DNA from: an uncultured virus (IMG/VR IMGVR_UViG_3300028805_000004) | Lineage: Duplodnaviria > Heunggongvirae > Uroviricota > Caudoviricetes | Direction: 5' to 3' (one strand) | Virus record (IMG/VR): IMGVR_UViG_3300028805_000004 | Length of the DNA: 64,000 nt | In this document: positions 9,301 through 18,491 of the stretch, piece after piece | Layout: every line of letters begins with the position of its first letter | Position numbering within the stretch: position 1 is the stretch's first letter | Translations under genes and position numbers: made by a program | Notes under the pieces: generated by a model | What the model was told of the DNA's origin: nothing | Seen by the model: the letters and a program-made list of their open reading frames with translations, nothing else | The model's database searches: none

Positions 9301-10419
9301 TTTGAAATCCTCATAGCAATAACTCATGAAGTCATAGAAATCGTTTGTCATTGCCATCATCTCTCTTGGCACATACTCGTTGTAATACTCTTCACCCATC
9401 CGCTGATACACGTCAAGGCAGTGACGAGCAATATATCCAAGTTCGAACTTTGTCTGAGCCATCAGAGCGTTGTATCTCTTGAATGGAATCTTTCTTCCTG
9501 ACGGCCTGACATCAATTAAGCGCCTTAATATACCTGACTTAGCATCCGTAATCTTTACAGGCTTGTTGGTACCCATAAAAAGGAACGCATGGATCTTGGT
9601 AATATAAAGACGCTCGTACTTTGAGTTGATGGGAACCGGTTCGTGTGATACAAGCGAATTGAGACGTGTATTGTCCTCGATTCTGGACAAGTCGCCATCA
9701 TGCTGTATCGCTACTAGTGGTTCCGTTTTAAACGGTTCCATTGCAAAAGACGCATTTGCCGAACCCAACGACTTAGCATCAAATGTTGTTACATAGTATT
9801 CTGAACCACCAAATAAGTCAGTAATAATATTCAGAACTGTACTTTTACCAGCGCCGGCTGACCCGTAAAGCACAATAAATTTCTGAATACGCTGAGCATC
9901 ACCACTGATGATAGAACCTATGGCCCACTCGAGCTTGGCTCTTTCTTCCGGAGAATATAAAGTGGCCATGATTTCCTCGTACGCTGGACATGGCCCCGGT
10001 TCATCCGGAAGAGTGTAAGGTAAGCGCTTGGTTGCATAAATACCAGAAGTGATTGGTGTGTTCTGGAATACTATAGACTGGTCAAGTTGTTTCCAGCTGT
10101 CTCTGGCTTGACTTGTGACATATCTACGCCACTTGTCGATGGACCCAGTCTCAACGTATTTCATGTAAGCCACGGTATAAGCCACGTCTTTACTTTCTGC
10201 ACGCAATCTCTCATACTCCTGAGCAATATCATTGTCCATGTATTGGAATAGTTCTTGCTCAGAAGTGGACCACAGCCCAGTGTCTGGATTGCGCCAGGCC
10301 AGAAACTCATGTCCGCGTATCATCAAATCCTTTGAGTGGACTGCCATGAAACGGAAATATAGTTCCTCAAGCCCTTTCTTAACCGGTCGATGGCCGATTA
10401 CATAGAAGTCTAGTGACAT
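6355..10419 (-). CDS. Fused SF3 helicase / AEP primase / 3'-5' exonuclease / family B DNA polymerase
   Basis: GSAGAGKST; IVIDFD..SKSGAGIHLHY; FFDCEV, GFNNRKYD, YCSFDV; LLDVASMHPS, KTVINSVYG, HIKTDSI. Confidence 0.9.
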   Translation of the reverse strand: MSLDFYVIGHRPVKKGLEELYFRFMAVHSKDLMIRGHEFLAWRNPDTGLWSTSEQELFQYMDNDIAQEYERLRAESKDVAYTVAYMKYVETGSIDKWRRYVTSQARDSWKQLDQSIVFQNTPITSGIYATKRLPYTLPDEPGPCPAYEEIMATLYSPEERAKLEWAIGSIISGDAQRIQKFIVLYGSAGAGKSTVLNIITDLFGGSEYYVTTFDAKSLGSANASFAMEPFKTEPLVAIQHDGDLSRIEDNTRLNSLVSHEPVPINSKYERLYITKIHAFLFMGTNKPVKITDAKSGILRRLIDVRPSGRKIPFKRYNALMAQTKFELGYIARHCLDVYQRMGEEYYNEYVPREMMAMTNDFYDFMSYCYEDFKRDDQATLSEVYKRYIQYTKDANVPFPMSRRMVGNELGNYFRTYSANTTRDGRHVRDLYTGFLYDKFGFETDFNEEAKKDEVVEEESYGWLRFNCVKSLLDKVLADCPAQQAGDSELPRKKWEDVTTRLRDILTSEVHYVKVPKNHIVIDFDLKNDKGEKDFILNWRAASQWPRTYAELSKSGAGIHLHYIYDGDPDKLSSIYKEGIEIKVFKGGSSLRRKLTKCNDIDIATLTSGLPLKKEKPMLDWERVKSEKQLRTMIQRNLEKKYHADTSSSVNYIKKLLDEAYESGMHYDVSDMADAVGRFAAQSTNQKKRCVDVWASMHFISQDVADSVPGVPDDELPNIVFFDCEVMPNLFVVCWKFWKGKVVYKMINPSPEEIEVLCKRKLVGFNNRKYDNHILYARMMGKSLYDLYLLSRKMIEEHDGYIKEAYNLSYTDIYDFSSAANKKSLKKWEIELGIDHVELGLDWNKPVPEKLWLKVAEYCSFDVLATEAVFEHLKGDWTARQILAKLSGLTVNDTTNQHSAHIIFGDNWEPQNEFIYTDLSTIFPGYKFYYNPEKRKYVSEYRGEDPGEGGYVCAEPGMWSNVALLDVASMHPSSIEALMLFGERYTKRFSDIKRARVLIKHHDFDKARSNDILDGRLADFLEDESIADDLATALKTVINSVYGLTSASFPNRFKDPRNKDNIVAKRGALFMINLKHEVQERGFTVAHIKTDSIKIPNATPEIIEFVMEYGKKYGYTFEHEATYERMCLVNNAVYIAKYASTEKCQRIYGYVPSDNAKAEKKGKPWTATGAQFAEPYVFKSLFSKEQIDISDLAQTKSVTSALYLDMNEGLGDDTMLVKERDKIIKKYIKEHKDDFTAAEDALKLDRVVELQNEIDKMHDYQFVGRVGSFLPVKNGGGRLMRQNGSGWANATGTSGYRWKETKTVENLFEVDMGYYRELRDKAVDAMAEYGDVEWFLSDDISPDPTNDFMNIPQAA

Positions 10420-10424
10420 AGTCT

Positions 10425-10955
10425 TTACCACACATTATGATTTTCGTTCACATATGCCATAGCGCCCTCCCAGACGCCAAAGTTGCGAGTGTCTTTTCTC
10501 GACCGTTTGAGTGGGAAGAACCAACCACGTCCGTTTTTCTCGAACTTCTTGTAGTTGATCCGTGTGAGGATATGGTCCACGGATGACTTCCGATAGTAAC
10601 GATTCGGAATATCCAGTTCTGCATTCTTAAGAAACTGCCAAAACCAGAATCCAGGATTGTCTTCCTCTGGATCTGTAGACATTGTTGACTCAATATGCTC
10701 ACACAGAGCCACAAGCATTTCAAGAACAGAGCAGGTCATATCTGGCTCTTCCTCTCCAGCCTGTCGAATATAACGTCGACGGAGTTCAAGTCCTTCAAGA
10801 GCCCTGTCTCTGTCGAGTGGGGTTAAGTACTTGAATTCCGTTTCAAGCAAATGGAGGAGGACCGCTCTATATTCTTCAGGGTCCTCGTCCGTTTTGACGA
10901 TCGAGATAAGCCAGTCAAGATATTTATCCCAATCAAATTCATAATCATGATCCAT
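10425..10955 (-). CDS. Hypothetical protein
   Basis: 176-aa ORF with RBS; DRDRALEGLELR and CSVLEMLVAL segments. Confidence 0.75.
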   Translation of the reverse strand: MDHDYEFDWDKYLDWLISIVKTDEDPEEYRAVLLHLLETEFKYLTPLDRDRALEGLELRRRYIRQAGEEEPDMTCSVLEMLVALCEHIESTMSTDPEEDNPGFWFWQFLKNAELDIPNRYYRKSSVDHILTRINYKKFEKNGRGWFFPLKRSRKDTRNFGVWEGAMAYVNENHNVW

Positions 10956-10959
10956 TTAA

Positions 10960-11607
10960 TCACTCCTCATAGGAGGTCTCATAGATCGTCACCTTATACT
11001 CTTCTGACCTTCTGCTATTTCGAATATAAATGGTTTTCTGAATGGTGCCGTCACGAATAGCTCGAGCAACGGTCTTCTCAACCTCTCCTTTAATTTCATA
11101 GTAAGCGTCGGTGAGTTCCTCGGCCTGAAGCTGGCCCGCAATGCCCCAGTCACGAATATCAAGGTAGCTGTTACCCTTGTACCAGTCCATGATCAACTTG
11201 TCATAGTCTGAGTTGTTGTACTGAGCCGTCGATATCAGAAGTGAGTCCGGTTGTGGCTCACTCAAATATGGCTTCTCGCTTGGAGTCTCTTCCTTTCCTT
11301 CAGGCTTCTTCTTTTTCTTATATGCCTCAGAGTAGCGGGTCTTATGTGTGTCCACATCATCATCTTTTTCAGCCGCTGCCTCTCTGGCAATGTTCTCCTT
11401 CTCAGCGATATCCTTTGGGTCTTTGTCGAATGTGACAGACTCTTCGGGTTTTATAGACGAGATGATGTTCTCGTAATATTCCCTGGTCTCGCACATTTCG
11501 TCAGCATGCTCACTGTCCAATTTCTTCTTCGTAAAGTAATAAGACAGAGCTCCACCGGCCAAACCGCCACCAACAAAGCTGAGAATATAAAAGATTGCTC
11601 TTTTCAT
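10960..11607 (-). CDS. Hypothetical protein with N-terminal membrane anchor
   Basis: Hydrophobic Gly-rich N-terminus followed by a charged body; AAGGAG RBS. Confidence 0.75.
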   Translation of the reverse strand: MKRAIFYILSFVGGGLAGGALSYYFTKKKLDSEHADEMCETREYYENIISSIKPEESVTFDKDPKDIAEKENIAREAAAEKDDDVDTHKTRYSEAYKKKKKPEGKEETPSEKPYLSEPQPDSLLISTAQYNNSDYDKLIMDWYKGNSYLDIRDWGIAGQLQAEELTDAYYEIKGEVEKTVARAIRDGTIQKTIYIRNSRRSEEYKVTIYETSYEE

Positions 11608-11618
11608 AGTTTCTCCTT

Positions 11619-11727
11619 AAAAAATGCCAAAAATACCAAAAAACCACTCGTTTTCTACTTTCTCCCTGAAAAAACATATACTTTTTCAGAAACTTTATGA
11701 AAAGTAAGTGGTTTTTTGGCATTTTTT
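11619..11727. repeat. ~109-bp palindromic dispersed repeat, copy 2
   Basis: Core identical to copies 3-5. Confidence 0.95.
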
Positions 11728-11741
11728 AGGTATTATTAATA

Positions 11742-12611
11742 TTATATTGATAGCCCAGCTTCCTCTCTATGAGCCATCCAATCATCTGGAAGGTTGTCTT
11801 CATCTCGATTACAGTACACACCAAGATCGTCACCTGGGTTATCTTTTTCCTTCACCGACCAATACTGAAAGTTCTCGATAGGCTTGTAGAGGACAATATT
11901 GATGTACTCTCTTCCGGTCCGATCTTTCTTAGGCTGCAGAGTGTAGTCAAAGAAGTTGGTTCCATAGAAGTCCTCAAGATATGTTCTTGTCCAACCAACT
12001 TCGTCTGTACCCTCGTTGGCAAGATAAGACTGGCCCCAGTAAGTAAGCAGCTCTGTGACACTCCCTTTACCGATTCCATGATTGGCATAGGCCATCTCAG
12101 AATCGTCGAAAATATCACGTCCAAGTTCAACAATCCCGTTGATTACTTCAGATGTTGTGGCCCTGAAGGTGATACCCTCATACTGAAAGACGTGCTGCTG
12201 ATCCTTGATACCGAAGTACTGGTCCTGCTTCCGGGCGATGTCCTTGTCGATGGCACGTTTCTTGATTTTGTCAGCAGTCTCTTCTCCTACGACTTCCTTT
12301 GTGGCTTCCTGGTAGTCCTTGAACTGCTTGGTTGTAAGGGCTGCAAGAGCGAGCTTGGCTGCCTGATCAGCAATCTTGGTCTCGTATCCAAGCTTAACCT
12401 TGCGATAGCAGAATATGGTCATTGCTGCAGCTGCAACTGCCGGAGCAAGGCCATACACATGCTCAACAACCTTGTCTTTGAGGGTTGCTTCGCAGCCATC
12501 AGCAAGAATATCGAGCTCCTTCTTGGTATCCATTCCGCCAAGATAAGCCATAACACCGGTTACGACGACACCAACAATGGTACCGACGTTCCAGTTCATT
12601 CTTATTCTCAT
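11742..12611 (-). CDS. Membrane-associated protein, paralogue family A (DUF6353-like)
   Basis: Two hydrophobic segments; shares YQEATKEVVGEETADKI / FQEATRKVVGPETYAKI with 21415-22251. Confidence 0.7.
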   Translation of the reverse strand: MRIRMNWNVGTIVGVVVTGVMAYLGGMDTKKELDILADGCEATLKDKVVEHVYGLAPAVAAAAMTIFCYRKVKLGYETKIADQAAKLALAALTTKQFKDYQEATKEVVGEETADKIKKRAIDKDIARKQDQYFGIKDQQHVFQYEGITFRATTSEVINGIVELGRDIFDDSEMAYANHGIGKGSVTELLTYWGQSYLANEGTDEVGWTRTYLEDFYGTNFFDYTLQPKKDRTGREYINIVLYKPIENFQYWSVKEKDNPGDDLGVYCNRDEDNLPDDWMAHREEAGLSI

Positions 12612-13546
12612 TTCACGCCTCCAAATTTCTCCTCGATATCTCTTGTGAATATCTTAAGGGTTTCTGCCGGCACCGGAAGCTTCTCCAGATGGACATAGTA
12701 ATCCGGCGCGGTCTTGCCATGTGTGATATCGATGCTGTTCGGGATCTGCTGGAGCGTTGCCACCATGGGGCTCGAGTCACCAGATGTGAACGGATATACC
12801 ATGTTCATGAACTGGACAACAGGCTTCACACCAAACAGATTGTAGAAATCATTAATACCGCAGAAGGCCCTGGAGTACTGGATCTGCTGGTTGAACCATG
12901 CTACATTGTTGGCAAATACAGATTCATTGCTCATACGATCATCATCGATGAAGCCTTCCATTCCGGAACCCCAGATAAAGTCGAAGCCATTGATGTCACC
13001 AGGCTCTACGGCCGGAGCATTCTCCATTTCCTCAGACACACCCTTTGCCTCGACAAGCTTCTTCTGATCCGCTGCCTCGTGCTCGGCTTTGAGGGCCAAA
13101 TATGCCGAAGACAGGTTTGCGATCCTCTCAAGAAGCATGCTGGTGCCTTTTGCGACGAAAGTCATGCCAACACCCCATAATATAATAGGAACCGCAAAAT
13201 GGCGGACAACCTTACCACCAATCTTGAGCACACACTGGGCATATGTCATCCGCAGGTCGTGGGCATAGGCCTTTTCGGCCTTCTCTGCAGAATATACGCC
13301 CTGGTTGATAACCTTTGTCTTCTGAGCTACGAGTCGTGCTTTCTCTTCCTGGAACTCGTCGAGATCGTCCTGAATAAGGTCGTCAAGTGACCGGGCCTTG
13401 AGGCAGGCCATAACTGTACCGGCAAGCATTGAACCAACACCCGCTGCGATCATGATTGTCGGACCATGCTTTACGCCTACGATCTTTGCAGTAGCAACCG
13501 CATTCTTTCCGGCATTTGCAGTAAAAGCTAACAGTTTATTGAACAT
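12608..13546 (-). CDS. Membrane-associated protein, paralogue family A (DUF6353-like)
   Basis: KHGPTIMIAAGVGSMLAGTVMA resembles KNKEPILMIAGTCFHAAGLAVA of 21415-22251. Confidence 0.7.
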   Translation of the reverse strand: MFNKLLAFTANAGKNAVATAKIVGVKHGPTIMIAAGVGSMLAGTVMACLKARSLDDLIQDDLDEFQEEKARLVAQKTKVINQGVYSAEKAEKAYAHDLRMTYAQCVLKIGGKVVRHFAVPIILWGVGMTFVAKGTSMLLERIANLSSAYLALKAEHEAADQKKLVEAKGVSEEMENAPAVEPGDINGFDFIWGSGMEGFIDDDRMSNESVFANNVAWFNQQIQYSRAFCGINDFYNLFGVKPVVQFMNMVYPFTSGDSSPMVATLQQIPNSIDITHGKTAPDYYVHLEKLPVPAETLKIFTRDIEEKFGGVK

Positions 13547-13558
13547 AGTATATCCTCC

Positions 13559-14182
13559 TTATGAGATTTCTATTGGTCTGCAAATGGAAATGTGGAATTT
13601 CCCATCACGGCCTCTTACAGCCCTGGCAGAATATAAGTCTTCGATGTCTTCCCAACCCCAGTCATTGACCGTGAAGTCAGTCGTTACGACCGAAGCTGCA
13701 GAATATAAGTTACCTACAGAAACGGCCTCGTCAGGCAACCGCTTCTTGCATCTGATGAGTTCCCGAATGACGTCTTCTGCCTCCTGGCGAGTGTCAAACG
13801 GGATACTCGGGTAGTCTTTCGGCCCCCAGTCAGATCTTGAAATATCATCATCGTCGTCCTCGTCTCGTCTTCTTGAGCGGGATGAAGATTTCTTTGAGTG
13901 TGATGTATAGTCGTGGTCTTTCCTTCTTGAACGGCTGTCCCTGCTGTCTCGAATATAAGACCCTCCGGAATTGATGGACTCGTCGATAAGTCTGTGAGCC
14001 GAATTAGCAACGAAATCCAGAAATCCAGGTATCACTTCCTCTTCCACGGTGTTCTTGACGACAGTTTCGAGGTCATCCTGGAAGAAGGTTTTGAATATCC
14101 GTGTACCAAGTGGCACTTTTGGCTTTGATCGACGTGATGTGACAGCCTGGATCTCATCATCCATGGTTCTTTCGTCGTCCAT
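13559..14182 (-). CDS. Hypothetical protein
   Basis: Start ATG 14182 after AAGGAGG; FDTRQEAEDV, VSVGNLY and DWGW segments. Confidence 0.75.
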   Translation of the reverse strand: MDDERTMDDEIQAVTSRRSKPKVPLGTRIFKTFFQDDLETVVKNTVEEEVIPGFLDFVANSAHRLIDESINSGGSYIRDSRDSRSRRKDHDYTSHSKKSSSRSRRRDEDDDDDISRSDWGPKDYPSIPFDTRQEAEDVIRELIRCKKRLPDEAVSVGNLYSAASVVTTDFTVNDWGWEDIEDLYSARAVRGRDGKFHISICRPIEIS

Positions 14183-14197
14183 ATTGCCTCCTTTGTG

Positions 14198-14236
14198 AAA
14201 AAATAAAAGAGAGGTTCCTTGTGAGAACCCCTCTCT
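14198..14236 (-). terminator. Repeated hairpin plus U-rich tract (family GAGAGGTTCCTTGTGAGAACCCCTC)
   Basis: Same sequence at ~22940-22974 and ~23415-23450. Confidence 0.7.
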
Positions 14237-14246
14237 GGTCAATCTG

Positions 14247-14603
14247 TTACTCTTCAGCCTGCTCCTCTACGGGAGCTTCCTCGAAGGAAGTCTCAACGAC
14301 TTCTTCGGTTTCTTCAACCGGTGCTTCTTCCTCAGCTGCCGGAAGATCTTCGGTCTGTTCTTCGATTTCCTCGGACTTTGTCCGCTTGCGTTCCTCAGCG
14401 ATCCCGGTAGCAACTCCGCCAACAAAGGCACCGGTAATGATCAGAGCAACTCCGCCCACGATCTTACCGCCAACTTTGGCAGCTTTGGTTACCTTGGGAT
14501 GCTTTTCAGCAAAGTCGGACGCAGCGTCCTTAATCTTTGTGAAAAATCCCTTCTTTGTTTCTTCCGGTGCATCAACTACACCATTCTTTTTCTCATCAGC
14601 CAT
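14247..14603 (-). CDS. Membrane protein with acidic C-terminus
   Basis: One Gly-rich TM segment and an E-rich tail; own promoter motif at 14642-14667. Confidence 0.75.
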   Translation of the reverse strand: MADEKKNGVVDAPEETKKGFFTKIKDAASDFAEKHPKVTKAAKVGGKIVGGVALIITGAFVGGVATGIAEERKRTKSEEIEEQTEDLPAAEEEAPVEETEEVVETSFEEAPVEEQAEE

Positions 14604-14670
14604 TTCATTTTCCTCCTTTATTTTTGGCCTGATTAACAGTTTCATTAAATGCCTCGAAAAATATCCGAGG

Positions 14671-15000
14671 TTAGAAGCAAGTCTCAGCGAGAGAATTTGC
14701 CATGATGGCAGAGGCCGCTTCTTCCTCTAAGTTAAGCGTATACTTTGGCATGGATACTGCAGCCTGTTTTGACGCAGCCATGGCATAAATATAAGCCAGA
14801 GCGGACATGGCTTCTTCCTCAGTATCGTGTGACGAAACGATAATCGGGTGAGGATCTCTGTTCCGCCCCTCAGAGAACGACACAACCACCCAGGGTTTGC
14901 AAGTGTTCTCCTCGTTATTTACAGACTGCTGCACAAATAACCGTGCGTGAGCAGTATCAAACATTGCCTTCTTATTCTGTGCCATTACCAGCATTTTCAT
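14671..15000 (-). CDS. Hypothetical protein, paralogue family B
   Basis: MLVMAQNKKAMFDT..SSHDTEEEA parallels MLIMNQNRDVLIDT..SEHEDLEEA of 15241-15552; start uncertain. Confidence 0.65.
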   Translation of the reverse strand: MKMLVMAQNKKAMFDTAHARLFVQQSVNNEENTCKPWVVVSFSEGRNRDPHPIIVSSHDTEEEAMSALAYIYAMAASKQAAVSMPKYTLNLEEEAASAIMANSLAETCF

Positions 15001-15238
15001 TTCCTCCACTAAGTTTTTCAGCTAACTCATCAGCAATTGCTATAAGCTCATTATTGAGATTATATAGCTCCTTGTTTACTTCTATAATTTCTTTGTTGAG
15101 GCGCTGCTGCTCAATAATTATAGAACGAAGTTCACGATTTTCAGTACGCAGATTCTGGTACAAAAGACCAACAATGAGCAAAAATATAGAAAGCAAACAA
15201 CAAGCAACGATGAGCCAAAATACATTTTTGTCATCCAT
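14972..15238 (-). CDS. Small membrane-anchored coiled-coil protein
   Basis: N-terminal TM plus heptad pattern. Confidence 0.65.
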   Translation of the reverse strand: MDDKNVFWLIVACCLLSIFLLIVGLLYQNLRTENRELRSIIIEQQRLNKEIIEVNKELYNLNNELIAIADELAEKLSGGNENAGNGTE

Positions 15239-15240
15239 TT

Positions 15241-15552
15241 TTACTTACCCTGTATCAATTTAAGCATCTTTCTGGTAGTAACAGTACGTAAGGTAGTCAA
15301 GGCTTCGTCTAAAATAGGCGTGTCTTTATCAAAATCCAAGGCGCCAATACCAAGACCAGCGGCCAAATGGATTACATCAACTACCTTTTTAGCCTCTTCG
15401 AGATCCTCATGTTCACTTATGGTAACTCTCATACCGCCGGTGTATCCACTAACACGATAACGATTAAGCTGTACTTCTTTGATTTCTTCGATCCTTATCA
15501 CAGCTCCGGTGGTATCGATCAACACGTCACGATTCTGGTTCATTATCAGCAT
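15241..15552 (-). CDS. Hypothetical protein, paralogue family B
   Basis: See 14671-15000; RBS present. Confidence 0.7.
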   Translation of the reverse strand: MLIMNQNRDVLIDTTGAVIRIEEIKEVQLNRYRVSGYTGGMRVTISEHEDLEEAKKVVDVIHLAAGLGIGALDFDKDTPILDEALTTLRTVTTRKMLKLIQGK

Positions 15553-15793
15553 AAATTACATCTCCTTTCTTCTTTTTGTGCTTCTTTTTAGTTCCTGTGC
15601 TAATGTCGGTTAACTGATCAACTATATACGAGATGTTTTTCGTGTAAGCTCCTATAGCCGGAACTATCAAATCATTGAGCGTCGATACCTCCGATTCAAG
15701 TTCGTTCAACTTATAGTTTGTCCTGCAAATACCGATCAGAACAAGTGTCTGCAAGATAATAACGAGTCCTAATAAAAAGTAAATCGCGATCAT
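15527..15793 (-). CDS. Small membrane-anchored protein
   Basis: N-terminal TM; start overlaps the upstream stop. Confidence 0.65.
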   Translation of the reverse strand: MIAIYFLLGLVIILQTLVLIGICRTNYKLNELESEVSTLNDLIVPAIGAYTKNISYIVDQLTDISTGTKKKHKKKKGDVIYADNEPES

Positions 15794-16077
15794 CTTTGCA
15801 CCCCCTTTTCATAATGATCCGTGCATTTCCTCGAGCAAGTCAGGCACGTTATGTCAGGTTTCTGATCATATTTACATCCCTCGCACGATCTTTTTGACGT
15901 GACATTTGTTATAATCAAGTAATCTCCATTAAGCGAACGCGACACTTCGTACAAACCGCTCTTCTTGAACATGACCGCGGCACACATGGACGGTGAAAAA
16001 CCAACATTATTTGTGCCAATACGGATCTGATCACCAACATCGACGACCTTGACTCCATTATAAATATACTCAGCCAT
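15790..16077 (-). CDS. Hypothetical protein with Cys cluster
   Basis: CEGCKY..CLTCSRKC; start moved to ATG 16077. Confidence 0.6.
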   Translation of the reverse strand: MAEYIYNGVKVVDVGDQIRIGTNNVGFSPSMCAAVMFKKSGLYEVSRSLNGDYLIITNVTSKRSCEGCKYDQKPDITCLTCSRKCTDHYEKGVQR

Positions 16078-16078
16078 A

Positions 16079-16741
16079 TTATTCATCCTCATCAATATCA
16101 CCACGAATTGTCAACGGAGATTCGCTGAAAGCCTTGCTAAAAGCCTCATCCGCACGTTCTATACTGTCCAAGATAGCTTTTGAAAACTGCTCACCAATTC
16201 TGACATACTTCCTGGATTCGGACTCGCTACTTCCCATCTTCTCGCCAAGTCTCTCCAGATTCCATCCATACCGCTGCCTGGTCCACTCACAGCAGAGAAT
16301 ATTCCAGATAAAGGCCCTGTCATGCGGTTCGTCTGTCCATCCAGCACGCCACTTACAGTAATGTCTCACCGCCGAATCAATATAGCGATCACACTGGATA
16401 CCTTTTTCCCAGTTGCGGTCACCATACTTCTTCGCACCTTCCTCGAAATGCTTAGCTACCTCGAGAACGAGCGAATATCGATAATTCCGGCGGTTCTCTT
16501 CGCTGAACTGCGGACCGTGCACCACTTTATGATACTCAGCAAACTTATTCAGAATATGAGCCATATCACCCGGAGTCTGTTCGTTACGATACAGATCGAT
16601 CATTTCAAATATAGGATCGACGAGCCAGTAGCCTATAACAGAGAGAGGCAGCAAATCACACCGCCCCTTGCCTTCCTGAATATCACGAACCGCACCGGAT
16701 TCAAATTTTGTTCTGTTTCCACTGTCTTTAATCATTTTCAT
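16079..16741 (-). CDS. dATP/dGTP diphosphohydrolase-like protein (DUF5664)
   Basis: FESGAVRD, GKGRCDLLP, GAKKYGDRNWEKG, SAVRH, EPH motifs. Confidence 0.75.
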   Translation of the reverse strand: MKMIKDSGNRTKFESGAVRDIQEGKGRCDLLPLSVIGYWLVDPIFEMIDLYRNEQTPGDMAHILNKFAEYHKVVHGPQFSEENRRNYRYSLVLEVAKHFEEGAKKYGDRNWEKGIQCDRYIDSAVRHYCKWRAGWTDEPHDRAFIWNILCCEWTRQRYGWNLERLGEKMGSSESESRKYVRIGEQFSKAILDSIERADEAFSKAFSESPLTIRGDIDEDE

Positions 16742-17015
16742 TTACCTCCTTCACAGCCCTGATCATCAAATGTCTTGTGCTAAGCTCATCGTCACTCTCA
16801 ACATAGTGAATCCGTTCAACGTAATAGCCTTCGAACATGTTAGGATTATCCTTGAGATGACTTGCAAATCCTTTCACATACACGTATTTACTATCGTACT
16901 CATTACGCTTCTCTAAACGTATCTCGAGCCACACATCATCGCCTTCATCACCTTCTATGTACGAAAGCTCGGTCAAGAGTTTAAGCGGCTCTCTATCATC
17001 CATTTTGTTTTTCAT
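16728..17015 (-). CDS. Hypothetical protein
   Basis: Start ATG 17015 after GGAGGT. Confidence 0.6.
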   Translation of the reverse strand: MKNKMDDREPLKLLTELSYIEGDEGDDVWLEIRLEKRNEYDSKYVYVKGFASHLKDNPNMFEGYYVERIHYVESDDELSTRHLMIRAVKEVNEND

Positions 17016-17355
17016 CTTCCACCTCCTTCTTTCCTTGAGCGTAGCCATCGTTATAACCAGCAGTATAACCATCAGCGTAACCTTTTTCATACTGCCGGCG
17101 GTCATATAGAAGAGCTTTTTTCAATTCACCTTTATCGATTTCTAGGCATAAAGCTTTCTCGCACGAAAGTTCTATGTAGTCGGTAATGATTTTCTCCTCG
17201 TTAGCCAGCTTTTTAGCGACAACTTCTTTAACATGTTCGGCAAGCGGTATATCACTACACGACATATAAGACTCATAAAACTGTTCCATTGCCTTTTTTC
17301 TCGCTTCAAGCCCTTCTTTCGAACCTACAAGAACGGTTATAGGAGATTCGTACAT
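16996..17355 (-). CDS. Hypothetical protein with GYxxG repeats
   Basis: LKKALLYDRRQYEKGYADGYTAGYNDGYAQG. Confidence 0.7.
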   Translation of the reverse strand: MYESPITVLVGSKEGLEARKKAMEQFYESYMSCSDIPLAEHVKEVVAKKLANEEKIITDYIELSCEKALCLEIDKGELKKALLYDRRQYEKGYADGYTAGYNDGYAQGKKEVEDEKQNG

Positions 17356-17362
17356 TTGATTT

Positions 17363-17758
17363 TTATTCCTCCTTTTCAGGCCATTTTACCTTAACATTAA
17401 CACGCTTCAATGGCTTACCCATATGTGCCCTAAGCTCGTTATAAGCATCTATGATGCAATATTCCAGCATCTTGTTACCAGGCGGCAGTAAACCTATGCA
17501 TCCATTTATCAACGGGTCCTGATCAATCATACGCCTATATCGAAGCATCCCTACAGAGGTGGTCATGACGATTTTCTGACTATACAACGTGGTGGATATA
17601 GACTGATCAAAATTAGCGATAAAGCCATAGTCGTCTTCAACTGTGAAAGAATATCCAACCAGTGTTCCGTCGTGCTTCACAATATTACTAACCTTAAGTG
17701 TTAGTGTTTTTGCAAAATTCACCGGATAAATGTCTGGAATACGAAGGTCATTGTCCAT
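17363..17758 (-). CDS. Hypothetical protein
   Basis: 131-aa ORF in a tightly packed operon. Confidence 0.65.
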   Translation of the reverse strand: MDNDLRIPDIYPVNFAKTLTLKVSNIVKHDGTLVGYSFTVEDDYGFIANFDQSISTTLYSQKIVMTTSVGMLRYRRMIDQDPLINGCIGLLPPGNKMLEYCIIDAYNELRAHMGKPLKRVNVKVKWPEKEE

Positions 17759-18491
17759 TTTCTTTCTCCATAAACTCCTTCATGTATGGAAGTTCCTTGA
17801 TCGCATCCACAAATACATGCCACTCGTCCAACTTATGGCCGGTTCTCTGGCGAATAATAGTCATCGCGGTCTCGTAGTTGAAGTCGAGCGTTCGCTTCTG
17901 GTTATACGAAGAGGGCAGAAGCTGGATCAGTTGCCACCAGTACCGTTTATCATTGGTTTTCAAATATAGAGCACGGCATAAGTTTAGCATGACAATCGTA
18001 CGTGACAGAACGCCTTCTGGGGTAGTCCACACCTCGTCGCCATCATGTGTAATAGTACGCACTACCGGAGCGTCTGGAATGGGCTGCTCTTCACCGGGTT
18101 TAAAACAGTCAAGAACCCCCATTAAATGCTCACAGCTGAAATCGTCCCACGTGAACTCTTTACTGTGGATCTTGTGCATCGTGCTACACGAGTTCGCAAC
18201 AGTCCCCACTTTATAGGTGTCGAACTCCTTCCACCAATAAAGCGGAGCGGTTACGTCCATCTGAACATGGATCATTCTCAGGAACTTACGATGCTCAGGT
18301 CCTGATTTACACAGCTTTTTTGCCAAGCTGAGATCGTTTGGACCAAGATTATAAACGACCATGAGTCCGGAATCATTTGAGTCCAGAATATACGAAGAAT
18401 CCTGTTTGTCCCAGGAGTTCATAGGGTTTCTCATCCCACGAATGGCACCTTCGAAACCGCCAACCCAAATATTCTCAATTTTGATACTCAT
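17748..18491 (-). CDS. Divergent ThyX-like (flavin-dependent thymidylate synthase fold) protein
   Basis: GPEHRKFLR, APLYWWKEFDTYK..NSCSTMH, LLPSSY..R, R.GHKLDEW; canonical RHR motif absent. Confidence 0.55.
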   Translation of the reverse strand: MSIKIENIWVGGFEGAIRGMRNPMNSWDKQDSSYILDSNDSGLMVVYNLGPNDLSLAKKLCKSGPEHRKFLRMIHVQMDVTAPLYWWKEFDTYKVGTVANSCSTMHKIHSKEFTWDDFSCEHLMGVLDCFKPGEEQPIPDAPVVRTITHDGDEVWTTPEGVLSRTIVMLNLCRALYLKTNDKRYWWQLIQLLPSSYNQKRTLDFNYETAMTIIRQRTGHKLDEWHVFVDAIKELPYMKEFMEKENGQ

